The notes under the pieces: generated by a model
Database searches by the model: none
What the model saw: only the letters and a program-made list of their open reading frames with translations
What the model was told of the DNA's origin: nothing
Part shown: positions 1 through 9,384 of the stretch, in pieces
How positions within the stretch are numbered: position 1 is the stretch's first letter
Layout of the letters: each line of letters begins with the position of its first letter
Source of the DNA: an uncultured virus (IMG/VR IMGVR_UViG_3300034122_000710)
Taxonomy: Duplodnaviria > Heunggongvirae > Uroviricota > Caudoviricetes
Length of the DNA stretch: 64,000 bases
Strand: one strand, 5' to 3'
IMG/VR virus record: IMGVR_UViG_3300034122_000710
Program-made: the position numbers and the translations under genes

Positions 1-256
1 AAGTCCCGACATCATCACGGAATAGTTCGTCGATCTCCGTCTTAGTCCAGACACGGCTGTCCTCCGGCTTCAGCGGGAACTCAGAGCGGAGCATCCCGGT
101 ATACCCTTCTTTGCGGATAACCGGGAGCCTGATCTGCTCTTGGTATAGGACATGGCCGTAGCCAATCGTCCAGATGTGGGCAGGGCAAAGGTAGGGTTTA
201 CTCCTAAACCCCTCATACTTGTGCATGAGGTCTTCGCCCGCCTTGCTCAGTTTCAC
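1..256 (-). CDS. Endolysin (lysozyme), 5' part, truncated by window edge; duplicate of 63368-63871
   Basis: Identical to the N-terminal half of ORF 63368..63871. Confidence 0.9.
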   Translation of the reverse strand, partial: MKLSKAGEDLMHKYEGFRSKPYLCPAHIWTIGYGHVLYQEQIRLPVIRKEGYTGMLRSEFPLKPEDSRVWTKTEIDELFRDDVGT

Positions 257-385
257 TTCTTACTCCACTGGCGAGAACCGAACCAGTAGCCGATGATGCC
301 CCCGAGGATCGCCATCTCGTCGGCAGAGAAGATCAGGTCAGAGTACAGGATGATGTCGTCCATGCTCTGAATGAGCGTCGGATGG
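1..385. repeat. Terminal/circular redundancy, copy 1 (matches 63616-64000)
   Basis: 1-339 reads identically to 63616-63954; 340-385 differs from 63955-64000 at 8 of 46 positions. Confidence 0.95.
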
Positions 386-756
386 TTCCACAGGTACCAC
401 GCCATGAAGGCGTTGATGGCCACCAACTCAAACACGAAGATGTAGGTAACCGTAGGCCGGACGGTGCCGGTGTAGTTCACCACCCACCGGGAAGCCTTGT
501 CCATGATCTTCTGGTCGTGCGCCAGAGCAGCCTCGGTCATCCGGGCGTCAGTCTCCATCGCCACCTGCTCGGTGCGAATCTCCTCCATCCGGGCCTGGGC
601 TGCAAAACCTGCCGCTGCCAGTTGAAGTTCGCGCTCGGTCTGAACCTGAGCCAACTTCAGTTCATGGGCTTGATCTGCCTTGTTCTGGAAGTATTCAAGC
701 AATTTGGGCAGGCCCGAGAGCAGCAAGCCCCCGAGGGTGGAAAGAAGCGACAGCAT
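253..756 (-). CDS. Putative holin-like membrane protein
   Basis: Directly upstream of lysozyme; hydrophobic N-terminus, coiled coil, VRP motif, two TM segments and a basic YWFGSR..KK tail. Confidence 0.65.
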   Translation of the reverse strand: MLSLLSTLGGLLLSGLPKLLEYFQNKADQAHELKLAQVQTERELQLAAAGFAAQARMEEIRTEQVAMETDARMTEAALAHDQKIMDKASRWVVNYTGTVRPTVTYIFVFELVAINAFMAWYLWNHPTLIQSMDDIILYSDLIFSADEMAILGGIIGYWFGSRQWSKK

Positions 757-757
757 C

Positions 758-1234
758 TCAGGCTCCTAGAGCAAAGAAAAACAGAAGCACCCCAACCGCC
801 CCCACGCCGATGGAGGCATAGAACAGGCTCAGGGTGACGGCCAGGATGGCCGCAGAGGACAGGACGATGGCCAGTTGCAGTGCCATGCCGGAGTAGGAGT
901 AGTAGGAAGACTTGGCCTTGGCAGCATCGCGCTTGGCTTCAGCCGCACGGGCCTTTTCCATGATCTCGTCCATGTCGGCGCGTTGCTTCGTGGCCTTCTG
1001 CTCGTTGTTGGTGACCTCGTAGATGGTCGCCCGAACATTCTTGGCCTGATACCACGCCCACAGGTTGTTGGACTCTATGGTTCCGTTGAGAACCGCAGAT
1101 GAGTTCCTTCCGGCAAAGTAATTTGTAACAGCAAGGAGTAGAGCAAGCAGGCTAATAGAAACCGCAGCAAGAGCCTTGACATGGGCCTCCCTCTCTGAAC
1201 GGCTTGCACCCTCCGGCGGCTTCCTGAAACTCAT
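758..1234 (-). CDS. Membrane protein, DUF4337-like
   Basis: N-terminal TM, WAWYQAKNVR motif, two C-terminal TM helices (LQLAIVLSS). Confidence 0.6.
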   Translation of the reverse strand: MSFRKPPEGASRSEREAHVKALAAVSISLLALLLAVTNYFAGRNSSAVLNGTIESNNLWAWYQAKNVRATIYEVTNNEQKATKQRADMDEIMEKARAAEAKRDAAKAKSSYYSYSGMALQLAIVLSSAAILAVTLSLFYASIGVGAVGVLLFFFALGA

Positions 1235-1725
1235 TGCTGTGCCTTGTCGATTAAGTAGTAACCCACCGCGATCAGGGCGGTTGCCACGAAGGCAATCGCT
1301 GCGCCGTACTTGGCGTTGAGCATGAACTCCTGCTGCCGCAGGCGGTGCTCTCGGTCTTTCTTCTCGCGCTCCTTCTTGAGTCGGATGCGCTCCATGATCA
1401 TCTCGTTGTACACGTTCTCACCGTAGTGAGCGATGATCAACAACTTCAGTTCGTACTCCTGCTTGACCAACGCCTGCTTGTGCATCGTGATCTGCAAGGC
1501 TTCCTGCTCGATACTGCCGTCGTGCAACAGGCGCTTAAAGACAGAGGGCTTCTTGTTGGCCTTCTCGTTGGCTAGGCGGTTGAAGTCCCCGAAAGCGCCG
1601 TACCACTTACCAATCTGACCGGCAACGTCCTGAATCTCGCGGCCTGTGGCGACGAGTTTCTTAACGGCCCCAAATGCAGCATTCGCCGCTGATACTGCCG
1701 CGAGAATGCCGGTTATCGGTTCCAT
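1231..1725 (-). CDS. Hypothetical protein with C-terminal TM helix (lysis region)
   Basis: ORF overlaps or abuts neighbours; MEPITGILAA N-terminus, coiled coil, C-terminal hydrophobic helix. Confidence 0.7.
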   Translation of the reverse strand: MEPITGILAAVSAANAAFGAVKKLVATGREIQDVAGQIGKWYGAFGDFNRLANEKANKKPSVFKRLLHDGSIEQEALQITMHKQALVKQEYELKLLIIAHYGENVYNEMIMERIRLKKEREKKDREHRLRQQEFMLNAKYGAAIAFVATALIAVGYYLIDKAQQ

Positions 1726-1728
1726 ACA

Positions 1729-2004
1729 CTACTTGTTCCCCTTGGCGATGCGCTCGCGTTCCTCAAGCAGCCTGACCTTGACTTGCAACTCGTTGATGTG
1801 CGCCATCAGTTGCTCTTTCAGGATCGCCCTGCGTTCTGCGCTGATTGGGCTGTCGGTGGGCACGCCTTCCTTGGTGATGAGCGCGGGCATCTGCCCCTCA
1901 ATCTTGGTCAGACGCTCGGAGAAGGATGCCACTTGACCGAGTAGCCACGCCAGTGCGGCCACCACGATGGGAATGACTGCTTTGAGAACATCTGACCATG
2001 CCAT
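1729..2004 (-). CDS. Small membrane-anchored coiled-coil protein
   Basis: N-terminal TM helix then heptad-rich region; packed in operon. Confidence 0.7.
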   Translation of the reverse strand: MAWSDVLKAVIPIVVAALAWLLGQVASFSERLTKIEGQMPALITKEGVPTDSPISAERRAILKEQLMAHINELQVKVRLLEERERIAKGNK

Positions 2005-2005
2005 G

Positions 2006-2203
2006 TCACAACCCTAGAAGTTTCTTCACCACTTCTGCCATTGCGCCAGGGCCGAGCAGGACCGCGCCTAGCGTGATGTACAGCCAGATTTCGATGCGGC
2101 TCATACGCCTGCTGCCGTCGTCAAGACGCTTCTCAATAGCCTCGTACCGTTGGGCGCAGACTGCTTCATGCACCGCCACGCGGACTTCAACTGACTCTTC
2201 CAC
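2006..2203 (-). CDS. Small coiled-coil/TM protein (holin-associated type)
   Basis: GTG start 7 nt after AGGAG; HEAVCAQRY motif and C-terminal TM. Confidence 0.7.
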   Translation of the reverse strand: MEESVEVRVAVHEAVCAQRYEAIEKRLDDGSRRMSRIEIWLYITLGAVLLGPGAMAEVVKKLLGL

Positions 2204-2235
2204 AATCAAACTCCTGTTAGCTATGCATGCCCGAC

Positions 2236-2949
2236 CTACGGAGTGACGTAAGTAAGCGTCACGCTCCCGCTTATGGTGCCGAAAACTGATGTGTAGGTTG
2301 AGGGAACAATCACGCTGTAAGCTGTGCCTGGAACAACAGCTTGGCTTGCCAAAACTATTGTTGTCGGAGAACCGCTCGGGGCTATACCGCCTGCCGCAGA
2401 TGAGCCAAACATGATTGTTGCCCCACCGTCTTGTGCGTCGCGGTACACCTCGATACCGTTACTGGAGTTATAAGCGAAGAAGGTTTTGAAAGAGGTGTTT
2501 ATCTGCGCAGGATAAAAAGTGGTTCCTGCAAACGTACCGCGAATCGTGTACGTAGGGCCATAAAACGTCACATTGTCCGCTATAAGCGTTGTGTCGCCGT
2601 TACTGAGCAGCCACGATGTTTGACCTACAGCACCTGATATTGTGCGTACCCCGGGGGCACCCACATCAAATACGGGAGTGGCGTTAGCCACCCAAGCGGC
2701 GATACCGTTATCAACACTGGCCTGTGTAGGCGGTGTTGAACTTGTGTACTCTCCACGAGGGCCAATAAGCGGATAATCCCAATAGGCCGGGATTACGGGT
2801 TGCCCAATAAGCACTGCGCGAACATTCGTAACGCCTGCCGGGGCTGTCCACGAACTCGTTGTGAAAAACGATACGGTGGTTGCGGTGCCACCAGACAAAA
2901 AGCCCAAGGCTTTTGCCGACGCCACGCCGCGAGTGCTTATTACTGGCAT
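2236..2949 (-). CDS. Putative receptor-binding/fibre-tip protein
   Basis: Start MPVISTRGVASAKALGF directly after fibre gene; FTTSSWTAPAGVTNV motif; T/S/G-rich; variable low-GC interior. Confidence 0.6.
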   Translation of the reverse strand: MPVISTRGVASAKALGFLSGGTATTVSFFTTSSWTAPAGVTNVRAVLIGQPVIPAYWDYPLIGPRGEYTSSTPPTQASVDNGIAAWVANATPVFDVGAPGVRTISGAVGQTSWLLSNGDTTLIADNVTFYGPTYTIRGTFAGTTFYPAQINTSFKTFFAYNSSNGIEVYRDAQDGGATIMFGSSAAGGIAPSGSPTTIVLASQAVVPGTAYSVIVPSTYTSVFGTISGSVTLTYVTP

Positions 2950-2950
2950 A

Positions 2951-3973
2951 TCAAGCAAACCTCGTTTGAGACGCAAGTACGGTGAACGTGGCCGAAGCTG
3001 TCTTGATTATTGTGTATGAGTACACATCAATGCCGTTTGCGTTACCTGAAATTGGCGTGTTGCCGTTCTGCCACTTAGGTGTTACCGAGACGCCGTCCAC
3101 TTGTATGACGTTGTTGTAGTATGCGGTGCTGCCTTGAGTGACAAGAAACGCGGCGGTTACAGACTCGCCAACAGCCAGTGCGGTATTTAGGCTTGTGCCG
3201 CTTGATGCTCGGAAGTTGACCGTCCAGTTTCCAGATGCGTTCGTCGTGTAGTAGACGACGGACTGTGTCGTCAAGTCGTAGTTAATCGTTCCTGTTGCGG
3301 CAGTGGCACTGACAGTAACGGCCTCAATAGCGTTGAGCAACTTGGTGCCAAGCGTACTGGTGCTGCCGGTAAAGGTCTGCTTAGCCGTAAAGTTTGTGGC
3401 TGTGCCAGGAGCGACATAGTCCGTACCCGCAGTGGCGGCGCTAAGCGCTGTGCCATTACCTTTGACAAGCCCGTTGACCGTGGTGGACAGCGTAAGCGTG
3501 GGAGTTGATCCGCCGCTGCTTGTACCGGCAAGCCCGTTGGACGATGCCACTGCGACCGAAGAAATCCCGATGCTTGAAGACAGCTTTACAAAATCGCTGC
3601 CGTTCCAAGCAACGATTGCATTCTCACTGACACCAACAGTGACGCCCGTGGTCGGGCCTGCGCCACGAATCTTGACCGTGTACGTGCCGGAGGTGTTGAT
3701 CACCACATAGGTTTTACTCGCCGCCGGGGCGGTAACGGTGATGTTGGCTACATGCCCCGACGCGATGATGATGGCGTACTGAGAAGACGTGGAGCCTAGC
3801 GATGTGCCCGTAGTCTTGGTCAGCGTGGTGTCGGCGTTGACTGTCAGCGCACCGGCCACCGAAGCGTCGAGGTACGACGTGATGTAGTTGTTGACGGTGT
3901 CACCCCAGGTGCCCGACAGTTCGCCCGTGACTGGCAGCGCCAGACCGAGCAGGGAGGTGTACGCGGTGGTCAT
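2951..3973 (-). CDS. Tail fibre protein
   Basis: T/S/G/A-rich beta-structure; N-terminal LALPVTGELSGTWG; C-terminal VTPKWQNG...DVYSYTIIKT domain typical of phage fibres. Confidence 0.75.
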   Translation of the reverse strand: MTTAYTSLLGLALPVTGELSGTWGDTVNNYITSYLDASVAGALTVNADTTLTKTTGTSLGSTSSQYAIIIASGHVANITVTAPAASKTYVVINTSGTYTVKIRGAGPTTGVTVGVSENAIVAWNGSDFVKLSSSIGISSVAVASSNGLAGTSSGGSTPTLTLSTTVNGLVKGNGTALSAATAGTDYVAPGTATNFTAKQTFTGSTSTLGTKLLNAIEAVTVSATAATGTINYDLTTQSVVYYTTNASGNWTVNFRASSGTSLNTALAVGESVTAAFLVTQGSTAYYNNVIQVDGVSVTPKWQNGNTPISGNANGIDVYSYTIIKTASATFTVLASQTRFA

Positions 3974-3983
3974 TCAAGTCTCC

Positions 3984-4361
3984 TTACGCCAACAAGTCCC
4001 ACTGTTGGGCGTCTTCATTCCAGACATAACGCTTGAGCGCTTCAGGCGTCCCAATGTCCGTGGGGAACGGAACGGGCGCATACCACTGACAAGTATCCTC
4101 GTTCAGCAGCCAAGAAGCAAACGGCTTGGGCGGGATGAACGCATCGCGGGTGCTGTCGTAGGTGAAACCCTGACCCGCGTAGTTCTTGCGCTTGTTGCCG
4201 TTGTATGACGTTTGCACCCAGGTGCCGCCAAACAGATTGCGGCAGAACTCTGCGCCCTTGGCTTCCTGCTCAACACCGTGCTCATCAAGAAGTTCGTTGT
4301 TGTGCACGACGATGACGCGAAGCACCGTGTTGTTCAGACCGATCTCAGCAAAGTGGGCCAC
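3984..4361 (-). CDS. Conserved small phage protein (MAHFAE family), putative fibre/adhesin assembly factor
   Basis: GTG start after GAGGAG; WVQTSYNG..RKNYAG.G.TYD..RDAFIPPKPF motif recalled from phage tail regions. Confidence 0.7.
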   Translation of the reverse strand: MAHFAEIGLNNTVLRVIVVHNNELLDEHGVEQEAKGAEFCRNLFGGTWVQTSYNGNKRKNYAGQGFTYDSTRDAFIPPKPFASWLLNEDTCQWYAPVPFPTDIGTPEALKRYVWNEDAQQWDLLA

Positions 4362-4371
4362 GCATTTCTCC

Positions 4372-4701
4372 TCAGATGGTAATGCTGCCGCTATTGCTGC
4401 CCACCGTAATAGTGTCAGCAGAACTTCCGGCAAAGATAATATCTCCGCCAAGGTTGACCTCAACCACAGGTAGCACTTCTTCCACGGGCGCGGCCATCCA
4501 CTTCTGCTCTGACTGGCTCCAGTTGTAGACCATGCCGGGTTCGTTGGGGCACACAGGCCGCACCACCCATCCGGGCGGGAACCACCACACCACCTCCTGA
4601 CCTTCGCCGGGAGTCGGGGCTACCTCGACTTCGATCCACCCTTCGGTGCCGTCAGTCTCAGTCTTGGGGATAGAGCCGTTCTTGGAGTAAAGCATGGTCA
4701 T
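4372..4701 (-). CDS. Small Trp/Pro-rich protein, putative tail-fibre chaperone
   Basis: Follows LamG gene; VVWW.PPGW and YNWSQSEQKW resemble tail-fibre assembly proteins. Confidence 0.55.
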   Translation of the reverse strand: MTMLYSKNGSIPKTETDGTEGWIEVEVAPTPGEGQEVVWWFPPGWVVRPVCPNEPGMVYNWSQSEQKWMAAPVEEVLPVVEVNLGGDIIFAGSSADTITVGSNSGSITI

Positions 4702-4703
4702 CC

Positions 4704-6761
4704 TCAGAGAAGCGGGAATGCCGTGGTCGGCGGCGTGAAGTTGGCGGTGTACCGGGCATAGCCCTTGGTGATGCGGAGGTCGTCGATGTATCCGTTGAGC
4801 GAGAACGCCGCATTCGATGCGCCGCCGATGGATAGGGGGTCTGTAGTCACAGCGGGCGACCCCGTATAACTGCCAGACCCAACATTAGTCCCGTTTGAGT
4901 AAATGGTTACTGTGTTTCCGTTACGGACAACAGCAACATGAACCCAACTCCCAACGGTGTATGCTGATCCAGAAGAGTTAACTACGAGCGAAAAACCAGC
5001 CCCGTTGTCGCTTAAATACACATTTATTTGACCACCGGATAACTGAACAACGTACGGGTTAAATGTGCTGCTTGAGCCTTTTGATACAACATCCGCTCGA
5101 CTGGTGTTGTTTGCGTATACCCAAAACTCAATCGTCCAATTACCCGTGCCAAAGTTCATCCAGGGCGCGTTTGCTGTTACACACACATCACCCGTGCCAT
5201 CAAACAACATCGACGCCCCACCGAACTTGCTCTGCGCGGTGCTGATTTGCGTAGCGCCAACCGTTTCAAGGTTGTTCATCATCGCGTTGTCGATGATGCC
5301 TGCGTTGGTGAAGTTCAGCAGGAGGCTAGTGTTGGTAATTGCTGTGACAGGCGAAGAAGGGGGTGTGAAACTACTTGTATAGACAGCAGAACCTTGAACA
5401 ACGCGCAAATTACTAAGGTAGCCAGTAAGCAATGCCGCGCCGGTACCAAGGTAAGTTACAGCGCTTGTTGTTGATATCGCTCCAGACACAGTTATTGTGG
5501 AACTGGACACTACGCCGTTCAAAAATAGACGAACTGTAGTTCCTGAGCGCGTCAACGCAACATGATTCCATTGTCCCGCCACGGCTGTACTTTGATGGGT
5601 CAAGGTTGTGGATGTCGCCCCATCTGTTGAAACATCGGCACGCAACGCAGAACTAAAAGAAACTTGTATGCTTACAAGTGGGTATGCATCACCGCTTCTG
5701 TACAAATAAAACGGTGTGCTAATAGCGGTTGAATAAACCCAAAATTCAATATCAAAGTCTCCATTGAAAGATGGCAGACTGCTAGTGGTCAGCGAATCCC
5801 CACTCCCATCAAAGTAACCACTCCCGCCATCAGTGCCTGCGGCATAGGGCGCAGTCGGAGAGAACGGGCTGAAGCGTTGGATGCTCACATCGCCGTTGCG
5901 CGTGATGGTTAGTGCGTTGGTGCTATTGTCGATAAAGCGATTGCTTTGGCAGGTCAGCAGCGAGGTATTAGTGACAGCGGTGAGCGGTGAAGTTGGTACG
6001 GTGAAGTTGGCAGTATAAAGAGCGGTGCCTTTAACAAACCGAAGATTGGAGATATAGCCGTTGAGTCTGGTTGTAGAAGCGGGGGATTCGCTGTTTGCTC
6101 CAATTGTCAATGCCGCCGAATTTGTCACTAACGCTCCGCTAAGCGTTCCGGTGGAACCGACCGAAGTTCCGTTCAAGAACATATATACGGTGTTGCTAGA
6201 ACGAGTTACAGCAACATGATACCAAGTTCCAGTTGCCAAAGCTGTAGTAGAAAGCGGGCCAACTTCCCAGTTACTACCAGAAGTTGACATATATAAGTTT
6301 AACACCCCGCCTGCAGACAAAAACATATTGAACGGAGCGTAAATCGATTCGTCTGCTCGTTTACTCAATAAACCGACTGCCGAGCCAGACGGTATACGAT
6401 TGACATAAAACCAATACTCAATCGTAAAGTTTCCAGAACCAAACTCAAATGCCGAATTAGTAGGCGAAGATAGCCAATCTCCGGTTCCGTCAAAATAATT
6501 ACCCCAGTTGCTCCCATACGGCGCAAAGGTGCCCTGGCTCGTGTTGCCGTTGCGGGTGATGGTGAAGTTGTTGGTGCTGCTGTCGAGGAACGTGTTGTTC
6601 TGCGCCCCGTTGGTGCCGTCTCCTGGGAGCAGCATCGTGACGTACTCAAAGTATGGATCGGGAAGAATCAGCGGTGGCCAGTTATCGCCTTGCTCTGCAC
6701 GCTTCTGTTTCTTCAGCGTCCAGATGCCTGACGCAGAGGATTGGGACGGGAACTGAGCCAT
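4704..6761 (-). CDS. Receptor-binding protein with three LamG/concanavalin-A-like domains
   Basis: Three repeats of FDG(T/S)GD...(T/D)IE(F/Y)W...W.HVA..R...GY(I/L)(S/D)(N/D)LR; shared 29-aa N-terminal peptide. Confidence 0.85.
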   Translation of the reverse strand: MAQFPSQSSASGIWTLKKQKRAEQGDNWPPLILPDPYFEYVTMLLPGDGTNGAQNNTFLDSSTNNFTITRNGNTSQGTFAPYGSNWGNYFDGTGDWLSSPTNSAFEFGSGNFTIEYWFYVNRIPSGSAVGLLSKRADESIYAPFNMFLSAGGVLNLYMSTSGSNWEVGPLSTTALATGTWYHVAVTRSSNTVYMFLNGTSVGSTGTLSGALVTNSAALTIGANSESPASTTRLNGYISNLRFVKGTALYTANFTVPTSPLTAVTNTSLLTCQSNRFIDNSTNALTITRNGDVSIQRFSPFSPTAPYAAGTDGGSGYFDGSGDSLTTSSLPSFNGDFDIEFWVYSTAISTPFYLYRSGDAYPLVSIQVSFSSALRADVSTDGATSTTLTHQSTAVAGQWNHVALTRSGTTVRLFLNGVVSSSTITVSGAISTTSAVTYLGTGAALLTGYLSNLRVVQGSAVYTSSFTPPSSPVTAITNTSLLLNFTNAGIIDNAMMNNLETVGATQISTAQSKFGGASMLFDGTGDVCVTANAPWMNFGTGNWTIEFWVYANNTSRADVVSKGSSSTFNPYVVQLSGGQINVYLSDNGAGFSLVVNSSGSAYTVGSWVHVAVVRNGNTVTIYSNGTNVGSGSYTGSPAVTTDPLSIGGASNAAFSLNGYIDDLRITKGYARYTANFTPPTTAFPLL

Positions 6762-6764
6762 GCG

Positions 6765-7157
6765 TTACTCCGGCTGCGTAGGCCACTGCACGTTCCAAGG
6801 GAACCCCGGCTGTGAAGGCACATCCCGAAGTGCTTGACGGTACGTTGCCCATACCGCCTTATCCGCAGGGGAGTCAGCAAGCTGAGTCCAGTCAGTCGCG
6901 GCCAACTTAGCGTCGCGCTGCTTACGGACCTTTGTCGCCATCTCATCCGCAGGAATCTGCGCGACAACCCAGTTCATACGCCACTGGCCGTCTTGCTGCA
7001 CGGGAGCACCCTCATACAGCCGCTCAGTATCCCGATTGAAACTCGGTGGGTCAACCCACTCGACGGGCGCGTAGTCCGCCATGCCTGCCGGATCAACCTC
7101 GATATCCCCGATATGGCGAGGGTACTCAAGCGTGGAGAGTTTGATGTATGCGCTCAT
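6765..7157 (-). CDS. Tail fibre assembly chaperone (Tfa/APC-like)
   Basis: C-terminal RDAKLAATDWTQLAD...W..YRQALRDVP...P..V.WP motif; ATG overlaps upstream stop. Confidence 0.85.
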   Translation of the reverse strand: MSAYIKLSTLEYPRHIGDIEVDPAGMADYAPVEWVDPPSFNRDTERLYEGAPVQQDGQWRMNWVVAQIPADEMATKVRKQRDAKLAATDWTQLADSPADKAVWATYRQALRDVPSQPGFPWNVQWPTQPE

Positions 7158-8485
7158 AGGGATGCTGTTGTTGAGGTGAGAGTGGAGTCTGACGACGTAA
7201 ACGACGTCGCGGTGTCTGTCAGCGAAGACGCTGATGAAGTCAGACCCGACGCTGTGGCAGTGAATGAGCCCGCAGCATCTGTCAATGAACTGGCGGCGTA
7301 AGTGCTTGAGAACGAGCCAACCGCATACGAGCCCGTCTTGCCACCGTTCGACGGAAGTTTCCAAATCACTGCAGAGTTATTTGCTGCGGCGGTGCCACCA
7401 ATGTTGGCCTGCGCGATTAAATGTAAAACGCCTGCGGAATCAATTGCCAAATTGTTATATGAAGCACTGCTGACACGCAAGTTGCTAAAGCTCCGCTGCC
7501 ATTGAATGACGCCGCTATCGTTGTACTTTGCAAGCACCTGAATGCCAGGCGTCGAATAATCAAAGCCCGTTACGTACACGTTACCCGCTGAATCCACGGT
7601 GGCTCCAAGCGCAGTCTTTGTGGTGCCCGTGGTCAGAGTTCGCGACCATTGGAGCGTGCCGCTGGAATTGAATTTCGCCAGAATAAAGCAGGCAAAAGGG
7701 TTATATCCTTCGCCAAAAACATAGACGTTCTCTGACGAATCTATAGCAACAGAACGCCCCCATTCCGTCGTAGAGTCCATGCTCCTCTGCCACTGAATGG
7801 TGCCGAAGGTATCGTATTTTGCGACTTGGACATCAAACGTCCCGGACTGAATGCTGTACCCGACCGTGTACACGTTTCCGGCAGAAGAAACCTTTACACT
7901 ATATGCGATAGCATCATTTCCGCTCGTGGTGGAAAGCGTTCTTTGCCACTGAATATTGCCGTTGGCGTCATACTTGGCTATCAGTTGCAAATACTTGGAG
8001 CCGTTATATGTGACACCGGTAATGTAGACGTTGTTTGAAGAGTCGGTAGATATGCCGTAAGCGTAGTCGTATCCCGCATAGGCCGAAGCAAGTTGCCGTT
8101 GCCACAACACCGTGCCGCTCGGGTTGTACTTTACGAGGCCGCCGCTTCCGCTGGAATAATAGAATGAGACATAAATGTTCGACGCCGAATCAACAGCGAC
8201 GGCGTATCCTGTTGCGTAGTATTCCAACTGCTTTTGCCACTGCAGAACGCCAGTCAAGTTAAACTTTTGTACGTACAACGCGGTACTTGGGTTACCTCCC
8301 GCTGTGTAGACATTCCCGGAAGAGTCAACAGCAATACCTCTGCCGTAGAGGCCGATGGGGACGCCGGTCAGGGTGCTTACCCAATACGAAGTCGAGTCGG
8401 GCCAATTCCCGCCCGCCTGCGCTCGGTACTGATCCATCAGACTCCAAACGTCTGATGCCGATGTGGTGCTTGGGAATTGGGCCAT
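7154..8485 (-). CDS. Receptor-binding protein, seven-bladed beta-propeller (SBBP-like repeats)
   Basis: Seven repeats of approx. (G/A)..(I/V)A(V/I)DS.GNVY..G...KY...G..QWQR; shared 29-aa N-terminal peptide. Confidence 0.85.
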   Translation of the reverse strand: MAQFPSTTSASDVWSLMDQYRAQAGGNWPDSTSYWVSTLTGVPIGLYGRGIAVDSSGNVYTAGGNPSTALYVQKFNLTGVLQWQKQLEYYATGYAVAVDSASNIYVSFYYSSGSGGLVKYNPSGTVLWQRQLASAYAGYDYAYGISTDSSNNVYITGVTYNGSKYLQLIAKYDANGNIQWQRTLSTTSGNDAIAYSVKVSSAGNVYTVGYSIQSGTFDVQVAKYDTFGTIQWQRSMDSTTEWGRSVAIDSSENVYVFGEGYNPFACFILAKFNSSGTLQWSRTLTTGTTKTALGATVDSAGNVYVTGFDYSTPGIQVLAKYNDSGVIQWQRSFSNLRVSSASYNNLAIDSAGVLHLIAQANIGGTAAANNSAVIWKLPSNGGKTGSYAVGSFSSTYAASSLTDAAGSFTATASGLTSSASSLTDTATSFTSSDSTLTSTTASL

Positions 8486-8487
8486 GA

Positions 8488-9384
8488 TCAGAACGTGATT
8501 GAGCCAGAGGCTGTGAACGTATAGATGGTGCGACCGCCGGAAGATGTAACGCTAGGAGAACCGGTCGTTGCAGATGCCGCTTGAGAAGCGCTGATGATCA
8601 CGACACCGGAGCCGCCAGACCCACCTGTACCGCCCGTATGAGACTGCGACGCTCCTCCGCCACCGCCAGTATTTGCTGTGCCAGAAGTACCATTCGTGCC
8701 CCCCGCAGCGCCGCCACCGCCACTGCCGCCGCTGCCGCCGGTTATGGTGTATGCCGAGCCGCCACCGCCACCGGCATAAGTGACGCTTGACCCTGTAATG
8801 GATGAGGCTGAACCACTGCCACCATTACCACCGGCTGAACTGGTACCGCTGCCGCCGACTGCCCCTGCACCACCGCCGCCACCGCAACCGTAGTAGGGGC
8901 CGGCGGATTGTGTAGAACCGCCCGCGCTGCCTTGTCCGCTTACTGCGGAGCCGCCCGAGTAAAAACTGCCATAACTATTATTGCCCGCACCGCCGCCAGA
9001 ACCGCCCGATTTTCCCGGAGCAACAGACTCACTGCCGTAAGTGCCCGCACCGCCGCCGCCAGTAGTGGACGCTATAGCGCCAAACGCAGAATTGTTCCCG
9101 TTAGCACCTTGCGTGGCGTATGAGGAGTTACCTGTACCGCCTGCACCAACAGTTATGGTGTAGGTGGTTCCCGGGGTTAAAGACTGATTACTACCACTTA
9201 GCAGTCCCCCCGCGCCCCCACCACCCGAGTGATAATTACCAGGGCCACCCGCGCCACCGCCCGCGACAACAAGGTAGTTGACGAGCACGGCCACTCCGGG
9301 CCAGTTATCCCCCATGCGCGCATCCCGCACATCCATGAGGTTCCACCGCCCGTAGGCGCTGGTGGTGGAGGGAAAGTCAGGCAT
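8488..9384 (-). CDS. Glycine-rich adhesin-like protein
   Basis: YLVVAGGG, GGGGAGG, YAGGGGG, NTGGGGG, GGSGVVII motifs; shared 29-aa N-terminal peptide. Confidence 0.85.
   Translation of the reverse strand: MPDFPSTTSAYGRWNLMDVRDARMGDNWPGVAVLVNYLVVAGGGAGGPGNYHSGGGGAGGLLSGSNQSLTPGTTYTITVGAGGTGNSSYATQGANGNNSAFGAIASTTGGGGAGTYGSESVAPGKSGGSGGGAGNNSYGSFYSGGSAVSGQGSAGGSTQSAGPYYGCGGGGGAGAVGGSGTSSAGGNGGSGSASSITGSSVTYAGGGGGSAYTITGGSGGSGGGGAAGGTNGTSGTANTGGGGGASQSHTGGTGGSGGSGVVIISASQAASATTGSPSVTSSGGRTIYTFTASGSITF

Noticed and set aside
2236..9384. Diversity-generating retroelement or invertase shufflon acting on receptor-binding genes
   Set aside because: No reverse transcriptase or recombinase gene, no adenine-specific TR/VR pair seen, and all cassettes are co-oriented with their own starts.
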